Shown here in pieces: positions 11,025 to 20,938 of a stretch of DNA of 64,000 nt. Source of the DNA: Candidatus Obscuribacterales bacterium. Lineage in GTDB: Bacteria; Cyanobacteriota; Vampirovibrionia; Obscuribacterales; Obscuribacteraceae. The DNA lies in NCBI GenBank assembly GCA_965228855.1, contig CBDDIJ010000002.1, positions 1,536,001 to 1,600,000 on the forward strand, read 5' to 3'. Position 1 is the first letter of the stretch; the number at the start of each line of letters is the position of its first letter. The notes under the pieces are model-generated. The model worked only from the letters and a program-made list of their open reading frames with translations. It had not been told where the DNA came from and searched no databases. The translations under genes and the position numbers were made by a program.

Positions 11025-11175
11025 CACGGTGCGGCAACGCATGGTTTTCCGGGTACGAATTAAGTAGAGCCATGTGAGCGCCAAGTCGACAAACATGGGG
11101 CGAAACCCGCGCGATGCGCAGTCAACTTTGCACGGTTTCGCAGTGGAAAGTGAAAATCAGAGAAACTGATTTCAG
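11025..11175 (+). ncRNA. candidate structured RNA / 5' leader of ftsH
   Basis: Several nested hairpins visible (see findings); no match to a family I recognise. Confidence 0.35.
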
Positions 11176-11201
11176 GAATCGTATATTAATGAGGAGCGCC
11201 T

Positions 11202-13223
11202 ATGAATAACTCGAAGAAAGCATTGTTAGTTGCTCTCAGCGTAGCCCTAATAGCCGTAATCGCAGTGGCATCATTCGGATTTTTCAGCCCGAAGTTCACC
11301 AATCGGCTACCTGACGAAACAGCTGGAATGCGTGTTCTTCCCGATTATGAGCTAGAGCGCGTCATCAAAGAAAGTCCGGAGTCGATAAGCCGTATCACCT
11401 GTTTCAAAGGCCTTCGAAAAGTCGTCGCTGACATCGAGCCATTGGGACCGGCACTGGTCGACTACCCGGACACCCCGAGACTTCTGGCTGCTGCCGAGAC
11501 CGCTCACATCAAACACGAGATTTCGGATGGCTCAATCAACCGCGTGGATCATGTAGTTAAGTCGCTTCACTGGTCGTTCTGGACGCTGTTCCTCGGTCTG
11601 CTCGGAGGGATTGGATTCTTGTTGTATCGCTCGGGCGCATTCCGCAAACTGGAAATCGGTTTGCCCGGAGTTGAAGTTGTTCGTCCTGTCAGTGAAGAAA
11701 ACGGTTTAGAACCTGGTGAGAAGCGTACATTTGACGATGTGGCCGGCTGCGAGGAAGCTATAGCAAAACTGCGACGCGTCGCTCGCTGGCTCAAAGCGCC
11801 TGAGTTGTACGAAGAGTTCGGCGCGAAAATCCCTAAAGGTATCCTGGCGGTCGGACCGCCCGGAACAGGCAAGACTCTTCTGGCGCGTGCTCTTGCCGGA
11901 GAGGTCGACGCTAATTTCTTCTCCGTGAGCGCATCAAGTTTCGTAGAAATGTTTGTGGGTGTAGGAGCCAAGCGCGTGCGCAAACTATTCGCAGCAGCCG
12001 CTGCTGAGCGCGACCGCACCGGCCGTCCTTCGATCATCTTCATCGATGAAATCGACGCGATCGGTAAGAAGCGCGGGCAAGGTCAATCCGGAGCGGATTC
12101 TGAAAGAGAGCAAACTCTCAACCAGCTCCTGGTTTGCATGCAAGGGTTCGAGCAGAGCAAAGGTATCATCGTGATGGGTGCCACCAACATGGTGGAAACG
12201 CTTGATGAAGCACTGAAGCGGCCCGGTCGGTTCGACTATCAAGTCAGCGTCGACCTGCCTGATACACTCGGTCGCGAGAAGATATTCATGATCCACTCGC
12301 GCAACATGAAACTTGCCCCCAATGTACGTCTGCGCGATCTCGCCGTACGCACTCCGCAGTTTTCCGGTGCGGATATCGAGCAAGCTTGCAACGAAGCCGC
12401 GATTGCAGCGGCCGAGCGCCTGGAAAAGCGTATGGAGAATGCGACTCCGGAAGAAATTGCGGCCATGGAAAAGGTCGTTTCGCTCGAGGATTTCGATATC
12501 GGTATCGACTACGTTCAATTCGGTGATCCGCTTCTTTCGCGGGCTCGGGCAATGTCGCAACAGGACAAACGCAACACCGCATATCACGAAGCCGGTCACT
12601 GCGCAGTCCAGCAAGCACTGCAAAACATGGGCGCTGACCCGATTACGAAGGTAACCATTGAGCCTAGAACCAAGTCACTTGGTTCCATGCAGAGCCATGC
12701 TGATGGCGATCGCTACAATTATAATGAGCCTCAGCTGCGCGCTCGTATTGCTGCGGCGATGGGCGGTCGAGTTGCGCAAGAGTTTTTCCTGAACACCAAA
12801 GACACCGGCGCCTCCAATGACTTCGAACAGGCGACACGTATCGCCAAGCTGATGGTCACTGAATTCGGAATGTCGAATCTTGGACCGATGCATATCAGAC
12901 CGGACAGCACCAAGCTCGGTGCGACGCTCACTGACGAAATCGACGCGGAGTGGCAGCGAATTCTGAACGAGTGCTACGAAGTCGCAAAAGATTTGATCAT
13001 GCAAAACGAGCGCCGCATCGAGCGAATTGCCGAAGCCTTGCTCGCGGAGCAAACCATTCTTGCCGAACGCTTCCAGGAACTCTGGTTTGCAGGCGAGGCA
13101 CCACAAGTTAAAGTTACCGAGGACACAGTTGCTCAGCTCAACGCTAGCACCGAACTCGGTACCATCGATTGCGAACCGGCGGCAGAAATTGAGGATGAGA
13201 AAACTTCCTCTATCGCCGAATAA
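11202..13223 (+). CDS. ftsH: ATP-dependent zinc metalloprotease FtsH paralogue
   Basis: Two N-terminal TM segments, [51 protein letters not shown]. Confidence 0.93.
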   Translation: MNNSKKALLVALSVALIAVIAVASFGFFSPKFTNRLPDETAGMRVLPDYELERVIKESPESISRITCFKGLRKVVADIEPLGPALVDYPDTPRLLAAAETAHIKHEISDGSINRVDHVVKSLHWSFWTLFLGLLGGIGFLLYRSGAFRKLEIGLPGVEVVRPVSEENGLEPGEKRTFDDVAGCEEAIAKLRRVARWLKAPELYEEFGAKIPKGILAVGPPGTGKTLLARALAGEVDANFFSVSASSFVEMFVGVGAKRVRKLFAAAAAERDRTGRPSIIFIDEIDAIGKKRGQGQSGADSEREQTLNQLLVCMQGFEQSKGIIVMGATNMVETLDEALKRPGRFDYQVSVDLPDTLGREKIFMIHSRNMKLAPNVRLRDLAVRTPQFSGADIEQACNEAAIAAAERLEKRMENATPEEIAAMEKVVSLEDFDIGIDYVQFGDPLLSRARAMSQQDKRNTAYHEAGHCAVQQALQNMGADPITKVTIEPRTKSLGSMQSHADGDRYNYNEPQLRARIAAAMGGRVAQEFFLNTKDTGASNDFEQATRIAKLMVTEFGMSNLGPMHIRPDSTKLGATLTDEIDAEWQRILNECYEVAKDLIMQNERRIERIAEALLAEQTILAERFQELWFAGEAPQVKVTEDTVAQLNASTELGTIDCEPAAEIEDEKTSSIAE

Positions 13224-13317
13224 CAACTCGATGAACTCTGCTGGGTTCTAATTTATAGCGAAATTGACTGGTTCGACTCCAGCAAAGCCGAGTAAATGGA
13301 GCCGGGTAATACTAAAC

Positions 13318-13349
13318 AAAAAAGGCGCGGATTCCGCGCCTTTCTTGTT
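13318..13349. terminator. bidirectional intrinsic terminator
   Basis: AAAGGCGCGG-ATT-CCGCGCCTTT flanked by A and T tracts, between convergent genes. Confidence 0.85.
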
Positions 13350-13428
13350 CTCTCACTTAAACTTTTTACGCTCTTTGCGCGTAGTTTCTGTATAGCTCAT
13401 TCGATTTAAATCGATGCGGAATTCATTT

Positions 13429-14340
13429 TTACTGAGCCATCGCCTGCGTATTGACCGAAATCTGAGTCGGAGCATTCAGTCCACGCTTACCGTTGGCGAC
13501 ATCCGACAGGACACCGGCTATGCCTCGCTCGGTGAGAGCTTCGAACGAAGCGACTTCGACGATGTCGTATTTCGCGTCGAATTTGCTGGAGAGCTCATTG
13601 TCGAGCTCGTTGAGAAACTTCGGTGCCTTTGGATCCTCGCCGATTTTGAGAATGGTCACCAGTATTTCATCGCCACTCTGCATTTTCTTAGTGGCGTTTA
13701 CCAGAGCGCGACGGCTTGAGAATTTGTCTCCGAACGAACCATCTGTGATGATCGCGAGCATCAAAGGCTTCGTGTGTTTGTCGCGCTCGCGCCGCGCAAA
13801 ATAATCGTTGAATTCGTGTTCAAGCGATCGAGCCGCAAAAGTGCCGCCCTTAGGCTGCTCTTCATCAAATATTTTCTCGATTGTTGCTTCATCGACATTG
13901 TCGTGAACGTAGGTTTTTTCTCCGAACGTAACCAGTCGCAGACCATTCGAATTATCCTTGCCGGCATCGGCAAGCTCATTAGCTCTAGCTTTGCACCACT
14001 CCCAGCGCGTGCTCAGATCTTCTGTTTCAAAACCAATATTTCCCAGAAAGTCCGTGACTGACGAGGCGATGTCACCTTTCTGCTCACCGCCAACCACTTC
14101 AGTGAAGGCATTCTGAGCGGCGGAGCAGCTATATCCCATCGATTTGGAGCTATCCACCAGAAGCACCACATCATACTTATTCATCAACTCGGCAGCTTCG
14201 TTCTTGTGTTGCTGCTGAGTAAAGCCGGTCGGCATCCTTATCTCGGTGATTGTCGCTGCGCTGCAAGTGCTAGCCAATAAGAGAGTCGATACTAAAGCGG
14301 TGTGAAGATACTTGAGTGGTTTAGTGAGTATTTTTTGCAT
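13429..14340 (-). CDS. secreted von Willebrand factor A domain protein
   Basis: MIDAS motif LVDSSKSM, GGT, IITDG; signal peptide. Confidence 0.85.
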   Translation of the reverse strand: MQKILTKPLKYLHTALVSTLLLASTCSAATITEIRMPTGFTQQQHKNEAAELMNKYDVVLLVDSSKSMGYSCSAAQNAFTEVVGGEQKGDIASSVTDFLGNIGFETEDLSTRWEWCKARANELADAGKDNSNGLRLVTFGEKTYVHDNVDEATIEKIFDEEQPKGGTFAARSLEHEFNDYFARRERDKHTKPLMLAIITDGSFGDKFSSRRALVNATKKMQSGDEILVTILKIGEDPKAPKFLNELDNELSSKFDAKYDIVEVASFEALTERGIAGVLSDVANGKRGLNAPTQISVNTQAMAQ

Positions 14341-14647
14341 GATGTAATAAAGGCTGTTCAACAGCCCTGCTCCGTTGTCCCCTGATAATTTCGCTATAGC
14401 ATGAAAGAATGGTTGTCGATGCTGTTTTTGAAAGGGACGCTTGAATGACTTCCTGATGCATGGCGATCGTGACGGGAAATGCCCGCCCTGCGGATGTTTT
14501 CGCGGAGTTCTCCGGTCGAGTCCGCTGTATCCTTTATTAGACGCCTTTACAGCCCGTCAAAGTCATACGTGATACGCTCGATATATCAAGTTGAAATCGG
14601 AGTGTAAGTTTTCCCCTGTGAAGACGGTGGCTGAACAAAGTCAAAAG

Positions 14648-15247
14648 ATGTCCTCAGAAGCGAATCTCACGGATGCGCTGCCAGACGACGAATCCGACGT
14701 CGGTGGTGAGCAGCCGGAGTTCGATCTTGAACTCGCTCATCCGATGAGGCGAGTATTTGCGCTGGTGCTCGATTTCTTTTTCTTCAACTGGCTGGTAATT
14801 GGTATAAAGTCGGCTATTTGCCTTGCTTTTCCGCCTGCTATCGATTTTTTCACCGTCGTCTCCACCGATCTGTTCGTGATTCCTTTATTGCTCTGTCGAG
14901 ACGCTATGTTCGGTGGACGAGGCGTCGCTAAACAACTCCTGCACTTGCGTACGGTTGATGAAGACACTCATGAGCCCCTCGGGCTGCGTCAATCGTTGAT
15001 CCGAAACTCTGTTCTTTTCGGGACGTGTTTGCTGTACCAAGTTGCTGCAGTGGCAATTCCCGAGACTGAGTTGTTCCGTCGTTCGGTCGTTATTAACTGC
15101 ATTGGGTTTGGTTCCAGCTGTTTTGTCGCAGTAGCTTTTACTGTCGAAACCATACTGATGTCGATCCCGGGCGGTGAGCGCATAGGTGACGGTCTTGCAA
15201 GAACCGTCACTTATCGAGACAAGACTTGTTGTCGCTCAAACTTTTAG
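14648..15247 (+). CDS. RDD family membrane protein
   Basis: AHPMRRVFALVLD, G.AK.LL.LR.V, LIRN, RIGD.LA.T motifs; start uncertain. Confidence 0.85.
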   Translation: MSSEANLTDALPDDESDVGGEQPEFDLELAHPMRRVFALVLDFFFFNWLVIGIKSAICLAFPPAIDFFTVVSTDLFVIPLLLCRDAMFGGRGVAKQLLHLRTVDEDTHEPLGLRQSLIRNSVLFGTCLLYQVAAVAIPETELFRRSVVINCIGFGSSCFVAVAFTVETILMSIPGGERIGDGLARTVTYRDKTCCRSNF

Positions 15248-16810
15248 TTAAAAACACCATCGACTGAAAATTGTCACATTAGTTTCAAGTGGAACCATCG
15301 CGCTTACCGTGGTTTGTTCTTTGCGTTCGGCCTGAGCAACTATTTGTCCGGTCGGGTCGATAATTGTCGACTTGCCGAGCGTTGTCGAAAGCACCACAGA
15401 ACGATGATTCTCGACTGCTCGCATGACGCTGAAAGAGACCATCTGGTTGCTCAACATCGAGTTTTCGAACCAGGTTGTATTGGTGCAGTTGGCGAGAATA
15501 TTAGCTCCATTGCGCGAATTTTTTGCTGAGAGCTCAGGCATTAGATTTTCAAAACTCATCACAGCGCCGACTTTGTGTTTGCCCAGATCAAGAACGATGG
15601 TACTTTCACCGGGCGGCGTAGGGTTGATTGATTCGCTGAAAAAGAGCAACTGACCAATCACGGAATCTCTTGTCCATCCGGGAATGTACTCGCAAAAGGG
15701 CACCAGATAGTTCTTATGATAAATTTCCGGGACCTGCTTACCATCCTCTCTAACGCCGACTATCGCGTGGAATGTTTCAGCATTTGTTTTGGAATCTAAA
15801 ACGCCGGCTACCCAACTTTGTTTGTTTTTGTGCGCGGTCTCTCCAAGTTTTGTGAAAAGACTGCCGTCCGATAGATTCGTGGCGAACATCCACTCTGGAA
15901 AGACCAGTAAGCCGGGTCCACTCATCGAACTCAGTTTCAAATATCGACGCTCGACTTCGTCAGGCGAGACTTTCAAAAGTTTCTTCTCGGAAAGTCTTAA
16001 CTGACCTGCGGTCACGCGAGACAAATTTCGGCTGGCGTCAATATCTTTCTTCTTTTGAAGTTCGAAAGCACCGCTTATAGGAACGGCGATGACGACGAGA
16101 ATGGCGAGAAGAGTTTCGAGCCTGAGCCTCGACTTACTTGCGTCGTGAAGTGAGAGAGTTTGCCAGTTTCCAAACTGCAGGGGCTTCGAATTGTTCAGTA
16201 CCACAGCTAGTACCAGGTTCGCTAAAACGATCAGAGCCGCCAATCCGATGCCTCCGATAACGGAGGCGCACTGCAGTATTGCTAATTGCTTGTACTGGCT
16301 GTACTGAATCATCGACCAGGGAACACCCAGCAGCGAGGTCATGTTGCCGAGTTTCTCCACCACAAGACACCAGAGCAACGGAATGCAGAGGAAACTTGGA
16401 AGGTGCCACTGTTTCTCTGTCTTGCGCGGCAACCATCCTGCGTTGAAAGGCATAGCGCGAATGATGCAGGCAAAAATTGCAACGAGTAACCCTTGCCAGA
16501 TCGAAAGCACGATCCAGGTCGAATATTTCACTAGAAGCGGAAAGTTTGATAAAGAGCCGATCCAGAATGCGTCTTGGACATCATGAGTCCAGGCGAAGTA
16601 CATGATGTTGTACGCAGTGCCGAAGAGGAAACCGCGAAAAGCGGCTTGGCTCGGTTCGGCGCTGCGAAGAGCGAGTACGAGAAGAGGTGCCATGGCGAAC
16701 CATGCGATGTACCATTGGTCCCAACCGGGAGCTGATAGTCCGAAGACGAGTCCCGATGCGAGCGCTGTTATCGCGTACGGTAATTCTCCTTTGAGTTTCG
16801 AATAGTTCAT
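15248..16810 (-). CDS. lnt: apolipoprotein N-acyltransferase homologue (E-K-S triad)
   Basis: Multi-TM N-terminus, PW..I.YSQ, FPE, YHK..LVPF.EYIP, MRAVENHR; the nucleophile position reads MSFE. Confidence 0.88.
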   Translation of the reverse strand: MNYSKLKGELPYAITALASGLVFGLSAPGWDQWYIAWFAMAPLLVLALRSAEPSQAAFRGFLFGTAYNIMYFAWTHDVQDAFWIGSLSNFPLLVKYSTWIVLSIWQGLLVAIFACIIRAMPFNAGWLPRKTEKQWHLPSFLCIPLLWCLVVEKLGNMTSLLGVPWSMIQYSQYKQLAILQCASVIGGIGLAALIVLANLVLAVVLNNSKPLQFGNWQTLSLHDASKSRLRLETLLAILVVIAVPISGAFELQKKKDIDASRNLSRVTAGQLRLSEKKLLKVSPDEVERRYLKLSSMSGPGLLVFPEWMFATNLSDGSLFTKLGETAHKNKQSWVAGVLDSKTNAETFHAIVGVREDGKQVPEIYHKNYLVPFCEYIPGWTRDSVIGQLLFFSESINPTPPGESTIVLDLGKHKVGAVMSFENLMPELSAKNSRNGANILANCTNTTWFENSMLSNQMVSFSVMRAVENHRSVVLSTTLGKSTIIDPTGQIVAQAERKEQTTVSAMVPLETNVTIFSRWCF

Positions 16811-16817
16811 CCGCCTC

Positions 16818-18617
16818 TTAGCCTTCGTAGTCTTTAGGAGTCAAAATCGCAAAATCGGGCTCCATTTTTCTAGCCAGTTTAATGCATGTTTCCACGACAT
16901 GGCTTAGCAGTGGAGAAACAGTCGACATGCCGGTTTCCTGCGCATACTCTATGACTTTTAATATCAGCGCAGGCTTGGAATTGCGTTTAACAGCAGAGCG
17001 AACAATCGCATGCAACGGGTCGTTCCTTCGAATTTGCGGTCCGGCAGCATTTGCGTACACTTTCAAGAATCCATGTTTTGCCAGGTGGTGCTCGATATCG
17101 TGTTCTTTCATGCACGAAATACGCGTATCGAAATCATCACCATTCAAAAAGCGTCTTGCAACGTTGACATAACTGTGTCCGGCATTGTCACCATCGGACA
17201 AGAGATGCCATTCGATGCCGAGGTCTTGTGCCATTTTGATCATTGGTTCGATTCCACATTGCGCAAACTCTATGCACCGAATCCCTTCTGATTTGAAATC
17301 GTAACCCAGGACGTGTGCCATCTCGGGAAGAAGCCAGCCTTCTGATTCACCTTCGATCAGGAGCCAGACACGGTTCATTATTGCGTCGGCGCGATTGAGC
17401 CGAATGTGATATCCCAGGCGTCGTATGTCGTCCTTGGTTAAACTGTCGGAGCCGACCGCGTGAACGTCCAGCCCTTCCTTTCTGCGCACGACTCGTCGAA
17501 GCGAGCGCAGGGGAACCGATGCGAGCAGATCATCGGAATTAGATATCATCAGTTTCTGAACTGGAATTTGTGCGAGCAAATCCCAGATGCAGGCCCGCGC
17601 GATCGGGTGCAAATTTGTTTCCAAATTTTCAAACGCGATAATTGGCTCCGTTGCACGCGGCATCTCAAGCGTGCCACGCGCTTCTAGAATGGTTCCTACA
17701 ATCGCTAGAAGTGCTATCACTTGATGGACGTCGCCGAATCTGGAGAGACGAGTTCGTTTATCCTTATTCGTCGGTATGCGTGTGGATGCCTCCCGAATCT
17801 CATTGATGAGGACCTGGTATTTTTCTACGCGTCCGGATTCAGATGCAGGGTATCGACCCTCCAGTCCGCTCAGCGCTTCCAGTGCCGCCGCGAGCTCTTC
17901 GCGTGTGAGTCGGTCCGGCTGCGATAGAGCTTTTCGATAGACCGAGAGAATGTATCTGTCTCCGTCTGAAAGCAGGGATGAAACGTCCTCGGATTCGGGG
18001 TTTGCATCTGGGACGGCAGATCCGTTTTCTCGCGGCACCACGTTTTGTCTATCTGCATTCTCTCGCGCAGCTTCACCGTTGTTTGAGTAATCCGTAGCCT
18101 GGTTGCCGTTTTGTGTCCCGTTTACCGCACTTCCATGCCAGCTCAAAGCGATGACCGGGCAGAGTGCACGCAAGTGAGCGAGAGCTTTTGGAACTTCGAC
18201 GTTGACGATTCTTGTTCGATCCGGCTTTAGAAACTCGCAGCGCGACTCGCCACTCTCTCTATCCGCTTCGAACCTCACGCACGCTTCTCTGCGTCCGTCT
18301 CGCCATTTGCTTATAACCGGCTCCAGATCCGCGTAAGCATCTGAGCCCCATTCATGCGGAGTGCCTTCACGAAACGTCAGTACGATCGAAAGCTTTTGTG
18401 CCTGAGGCTCATCCTGACCTGGTGGCATGTGAAAGTCTTGACTGTGGAATTGAGGTGGCTTAGAACCTTTGTCAGGACCAAGACAAATCTTCAGTGCCTC
18501 GATCAGGCTCGATTTCCCGAAACTGCCTTCGCCAAATACAGCCGTAATCACATCCAGCTTCAGCACCAGATTTTTGATGCCTCTGAAGTTTTCAATTTCC
18601 ACCAGTCGAAGATGCAT
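16818..18617 (-). CDS. OLD-family ATP-dependent endonuclease (YbjD/DUF2813-like, ABC ATPase + TOPRIM)
   Basis: IENFRGI, GEGSFGKSS (Walker A), ENLETNLHP, WLLIEGESE and SDGD (TOPRIM), IEFAQCG. Confidence 0.88.
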   Translation of the reverse strand: MHLRLVEIENFRGIKNLVLKLDVITAVFGEGSFGKSSLIEALKICLGPDKGSKPPQFHSQDFHMPPGQDEPQAQKLSIVLTFREGTPHEWGSDAYADLEPVISKWRDGRREACVRFEADRESGESRCEFLKPDRTRIVNVEVPKALAHLRALCPVIALSWHGSAVNGTQNGNQATDYSNNGEAARENADRQNVVPRENGSAVPDANPESEDVSSLLSDGDRYILSVYRKALSQPDRLTREELAAALEALSGLEGRYPASESGRVEKYQVLINEIREASTRIPTNKDKRTRLSRFGDVHQVIALLAIVGTILEARGTLEMPRATEPIIAFENLETNLHPIARACIWDLLAQIPVQKLMISNSDDLLASVPLRSLRRVVRRKEGLDVHAVGSDSLTKDDIRRLGYHIRLNRADAIMNRVWLLIEGESEGWLLPEMAHVLGYDFKSEGIRCIEFAQCGIEPMIKMAQDLGIEWHLLSDGDNAGHSYVNVARRFLNGDDFDTRISCMKEHDIEHHLAKHGFLKVYANAAGPQIRRNDPLHAIVRSAVKRNSKPALILKVIEYAQETGMSTVSPLLSHVVETCIKLARKMEPDFAILTPKDYEG

Positions 18618-18628
18618 CTACTTGCACC

Positions 18629-19408
18629 TCACGACAGTACGATCGAAGTAAACAGCAGGCAACCTGCCTCTGACAATTCCACCACCGCGCCATAGGTGTC
18701 GCCCGTGTGCCCCTCAATATGCGAAGCAAGCCAGTGGGAAGCCACCAGACCCGAAACCAGACCGAAGGCAATTATCAAAAGGGTCGGCGATAGACCTATT
18801 TGCGCGGCCGTCGCTACCGATACCATAAGTGGTATCACGAGTCCTTTAAACAGGTCTGAAGGAAAGTTTGTGCTGTCGTGCCAGATCTTGCCTTTTCCTT
18901 CCGGTCTGGCGTAGGGAAAGCGACCGATGGCGTAAAGCTCGCACCATCTTGCCCATGCCGGCACGATTAGTAGAGCACCCAGGAGAAGCGGAACGTTTTC
19001 GCACAAGCTCGCGATGCAAGAAAACTTGACGAGCAGAACTGCTAAGCCCGTCATCGCTCCGAAGTTGCCAACCCGGCTGTCCATCATTATTTCGAGCATG
19101 CGCTCTTTGTTGCGGTGGGAGAAAATACCATCGGCCGCATCCATCAGTCCGTCGAAATGCAACCCCCCTGTGATGCATAACCAGGCTATGGTCAAAATTG
19201 CCGCCGATACTAGATGCGGTGCCTGCATTTTTAAGAGGAGAACTGCGGCAATGCCCGTCAGGCAAATCCCTATGACCATGCCGGCGGACGGCAAATATTT
19301 TGCCAGACCGGAAAGACTGGTCTCATAGTCTTCTGTGTCGGCGATTCCTTTGAGCGGGAACGAAGTCACGTATGACAGAGTTAGAAGGAAGCGTCTGAAA
19401 GTCCGCAT
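18629..19408 (-). CDS. cobS: adenosylcobinamide-GDP ribazoletransferase (cobalamin synthase)
   Basis: TGGLHFDGLMDAADG, MLEIM.DSRVG.FG, GHTGDTYGA..ELSE. Confidence 0.95.
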   Translation of the reverse strand: MRTFRRFLLTLSYVTSFPLKGIADTEDYETSLSGLAKYLPSAGMVIGICLTGIAAVLLLKMQAPHLVSAAILTIAWLCITGGLHFDGLMDAADGIFSHRNKERMLEIMMDSRVGNFGAMTGLAVLLVKFSCIASLCENVPLLLGALLIVPAWARWCELYAIGRFPYARPEGKGKIWHDSTNFPSDLFKGLVIPLMVSVATAAQIGLSPTLLIIAFGLVSGLVASHWLASHIEGHTGDTYGAVVELSEAGCLLFTSIVLS

Positions 19409-19418
19409 CTTCTAAACC

Positions 19419-20771
19419 TCAAGCCTGGCGCGAATTCGGGACTTCGGCGCTGTATTCCGGTCTCTGGGGAAACTGAGCGCAATTTCCGAGAACAAGTAGT
19501 TCGCGCTTGTCATTGTAGTATTCGACGGTGTCCTGAACTATCCGTAAAATTTCCGGATCGGATTCGAGGTTCCATGCCCGCTCCAGAATCTCTGGAATTG
19601 CCTCTTCCGGCTGAACATCAGGTGGCAGTCCGTTGCGCTCTGTCCAGGGAAGATTGAGTTCGTTGGTGAAGCGAGCCACTATATCCGGTACTACCGGCAG
19701 CGCTTCTTGTTTAGTCAAGCCGAAGGCGAACATGCTTCGATTCGTCATGTTGCCGACGAAAGCCTCATGGGGACCGATTATGTCCGTTGCCCATTCCATG
19801 ACGAGGAGCGCGTGGTCCGGCCGGTCCGGTCCCTTATAACTGTCGAGTTGCACGTCGAATAGTCGTGCCATAACGGCAGCCAGTGGCCTCGAGTTTGGAT
19901 TATAAAATTCCACGGCTTCCGGCACCAGCTGCAAGCCATCGAGAACGCCCTTTAGAATGACGAGAGTCGCAGCGATTGATTTGTAGCTCTCTTTCGACTG
20001 CTGATTAGCAGAGCTTCCACCGACATCAGAAGGTTGCAACTCAACAGTTCCGTATAGCGCGTAGAGCCAGTCTCGCTCGGTCAACTGTTTTTTTCGCGCC
20101 ATTCGCTCCAGTCGTTTAATTACAACCTCACGATGAAGGAGCTCATATTTCTCTTCTTCGTTTTGAGCCTGTTTGCGCAGAAAGGCAACTGTTTCCTTCG
20201 CCTCTTTTAAGCGTCTGGAGAGCGTGTAACAAACCGACAGATTTAGTGTCGTGTCAAAATCGTTTTGACCTTTGCGAGCAATTTCAAAGTGTTGAATTGC
20301 ATCTTCGTATTTACTGACCGCCATGTAAGCAAAACCGATTTCGTAGTTGAGAGTCGAATCGAGCGGTTCTTTAGCGAGGCAAGCAGAAAGCAACATGATG
20401 GCGAGTTCGTATTCTCGACCATCGATCATGTGGTATCCCGCTTCAAAAGCGGCAGTCGGATGATCGGCAAGTTCGCGCTCATCATCGCTTTTGCCGTTGG
20501 CAAGCGCTTCTTTCAGGCGCGTCAGGGCTAGAGCTGCTTCCGCGCGGTTAGCCTGGTCGAGAATATCGGCGCATAATTGAACAGCCTCGGCGCTGTTTGG
20601 ATTGTTGAGCCAGAATCGTTTTAACTCCAGCATGGACGGCTCCAGCTTGCCATCTTGCAAGAGAGTCCGTGCTCTTGAAATCGCTTCTTCTTGTTCTTGA
20701 GATGCGCCAGTCAACTTTAGGGTCGCCTCTGATAATTTAACTGTTGAAAACGCACATTCTAGGACATCCAC
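19419..20771 (-). CDS. TPR-containing hypothetical protein
   Basis: TPR motifs (LNYEIGFAYMAVSKYEDAIQHFE) plus an uncharacterised C-terminal domain. Confidence 0.8.
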   Translation of the reverse strand: MDVLECAFSTVKLSEATLKLTGASQEQEEAISRARTLLQDGKLEPSMLELKRFWLNNPNSAEAVQLCADILDQANRAEAALALTRLKEALANGKSDDERELADHPTAAFEAGYHMIDGREYELAIMLLSACLAKEPLDSTLNYEIGFAYMAVSKYEDAIQHFEIARKGQNDFDTTLNLSVCYTLSRRLKEAKETVAFLRKQAQNEEEKYELLHREVVIKRLERMARKKQLTERDWLYALYGTVELQPSDVGGSSANQQSKESYKSIAATLVILKGVLDGLQLVPEAVEFYNPNSRPLAAVMARLFDVQLDSYKGPDRPDHALLVMEWATDIIGPHEAFVGNMTNRSMFAFGLTKQEALPVVPDIVARFTNELNLPWTERNGLPPDVQPEEAIPEILERAWNLESDPEILRIVQDTVEYYNDKRELLVLGNCAQFPQRPEYSAEVPNSRQA

Positions 20772-20938
20772 CGCAGTGGTTCAAATCTGCGAAGCTCCGC
20801 GCTTCCGTTTCTACTCCAATCTTGCACCTTGTAACATGGGCGCTAGTTTTTCACGCGTGACGGTCTCGATTCAGGTAAGATCGGCGAGTCGAATTTCGGG
20901 CAGCATTGGCGCCCGTCTTGTTCTCAGGGGGTAATCGC

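Noticed and set aside
16818..18617. Gabija or retron-associated OLD system
   Set aside because: No adjacent UvrD-like helicase or RT; motifs fit the stand-alone YbjD type
20772..20938. Cobalamin riboswitch ahead of the cobS-containing run
   Set aside because: Short divergent gap with no B12-box-like sequence seen
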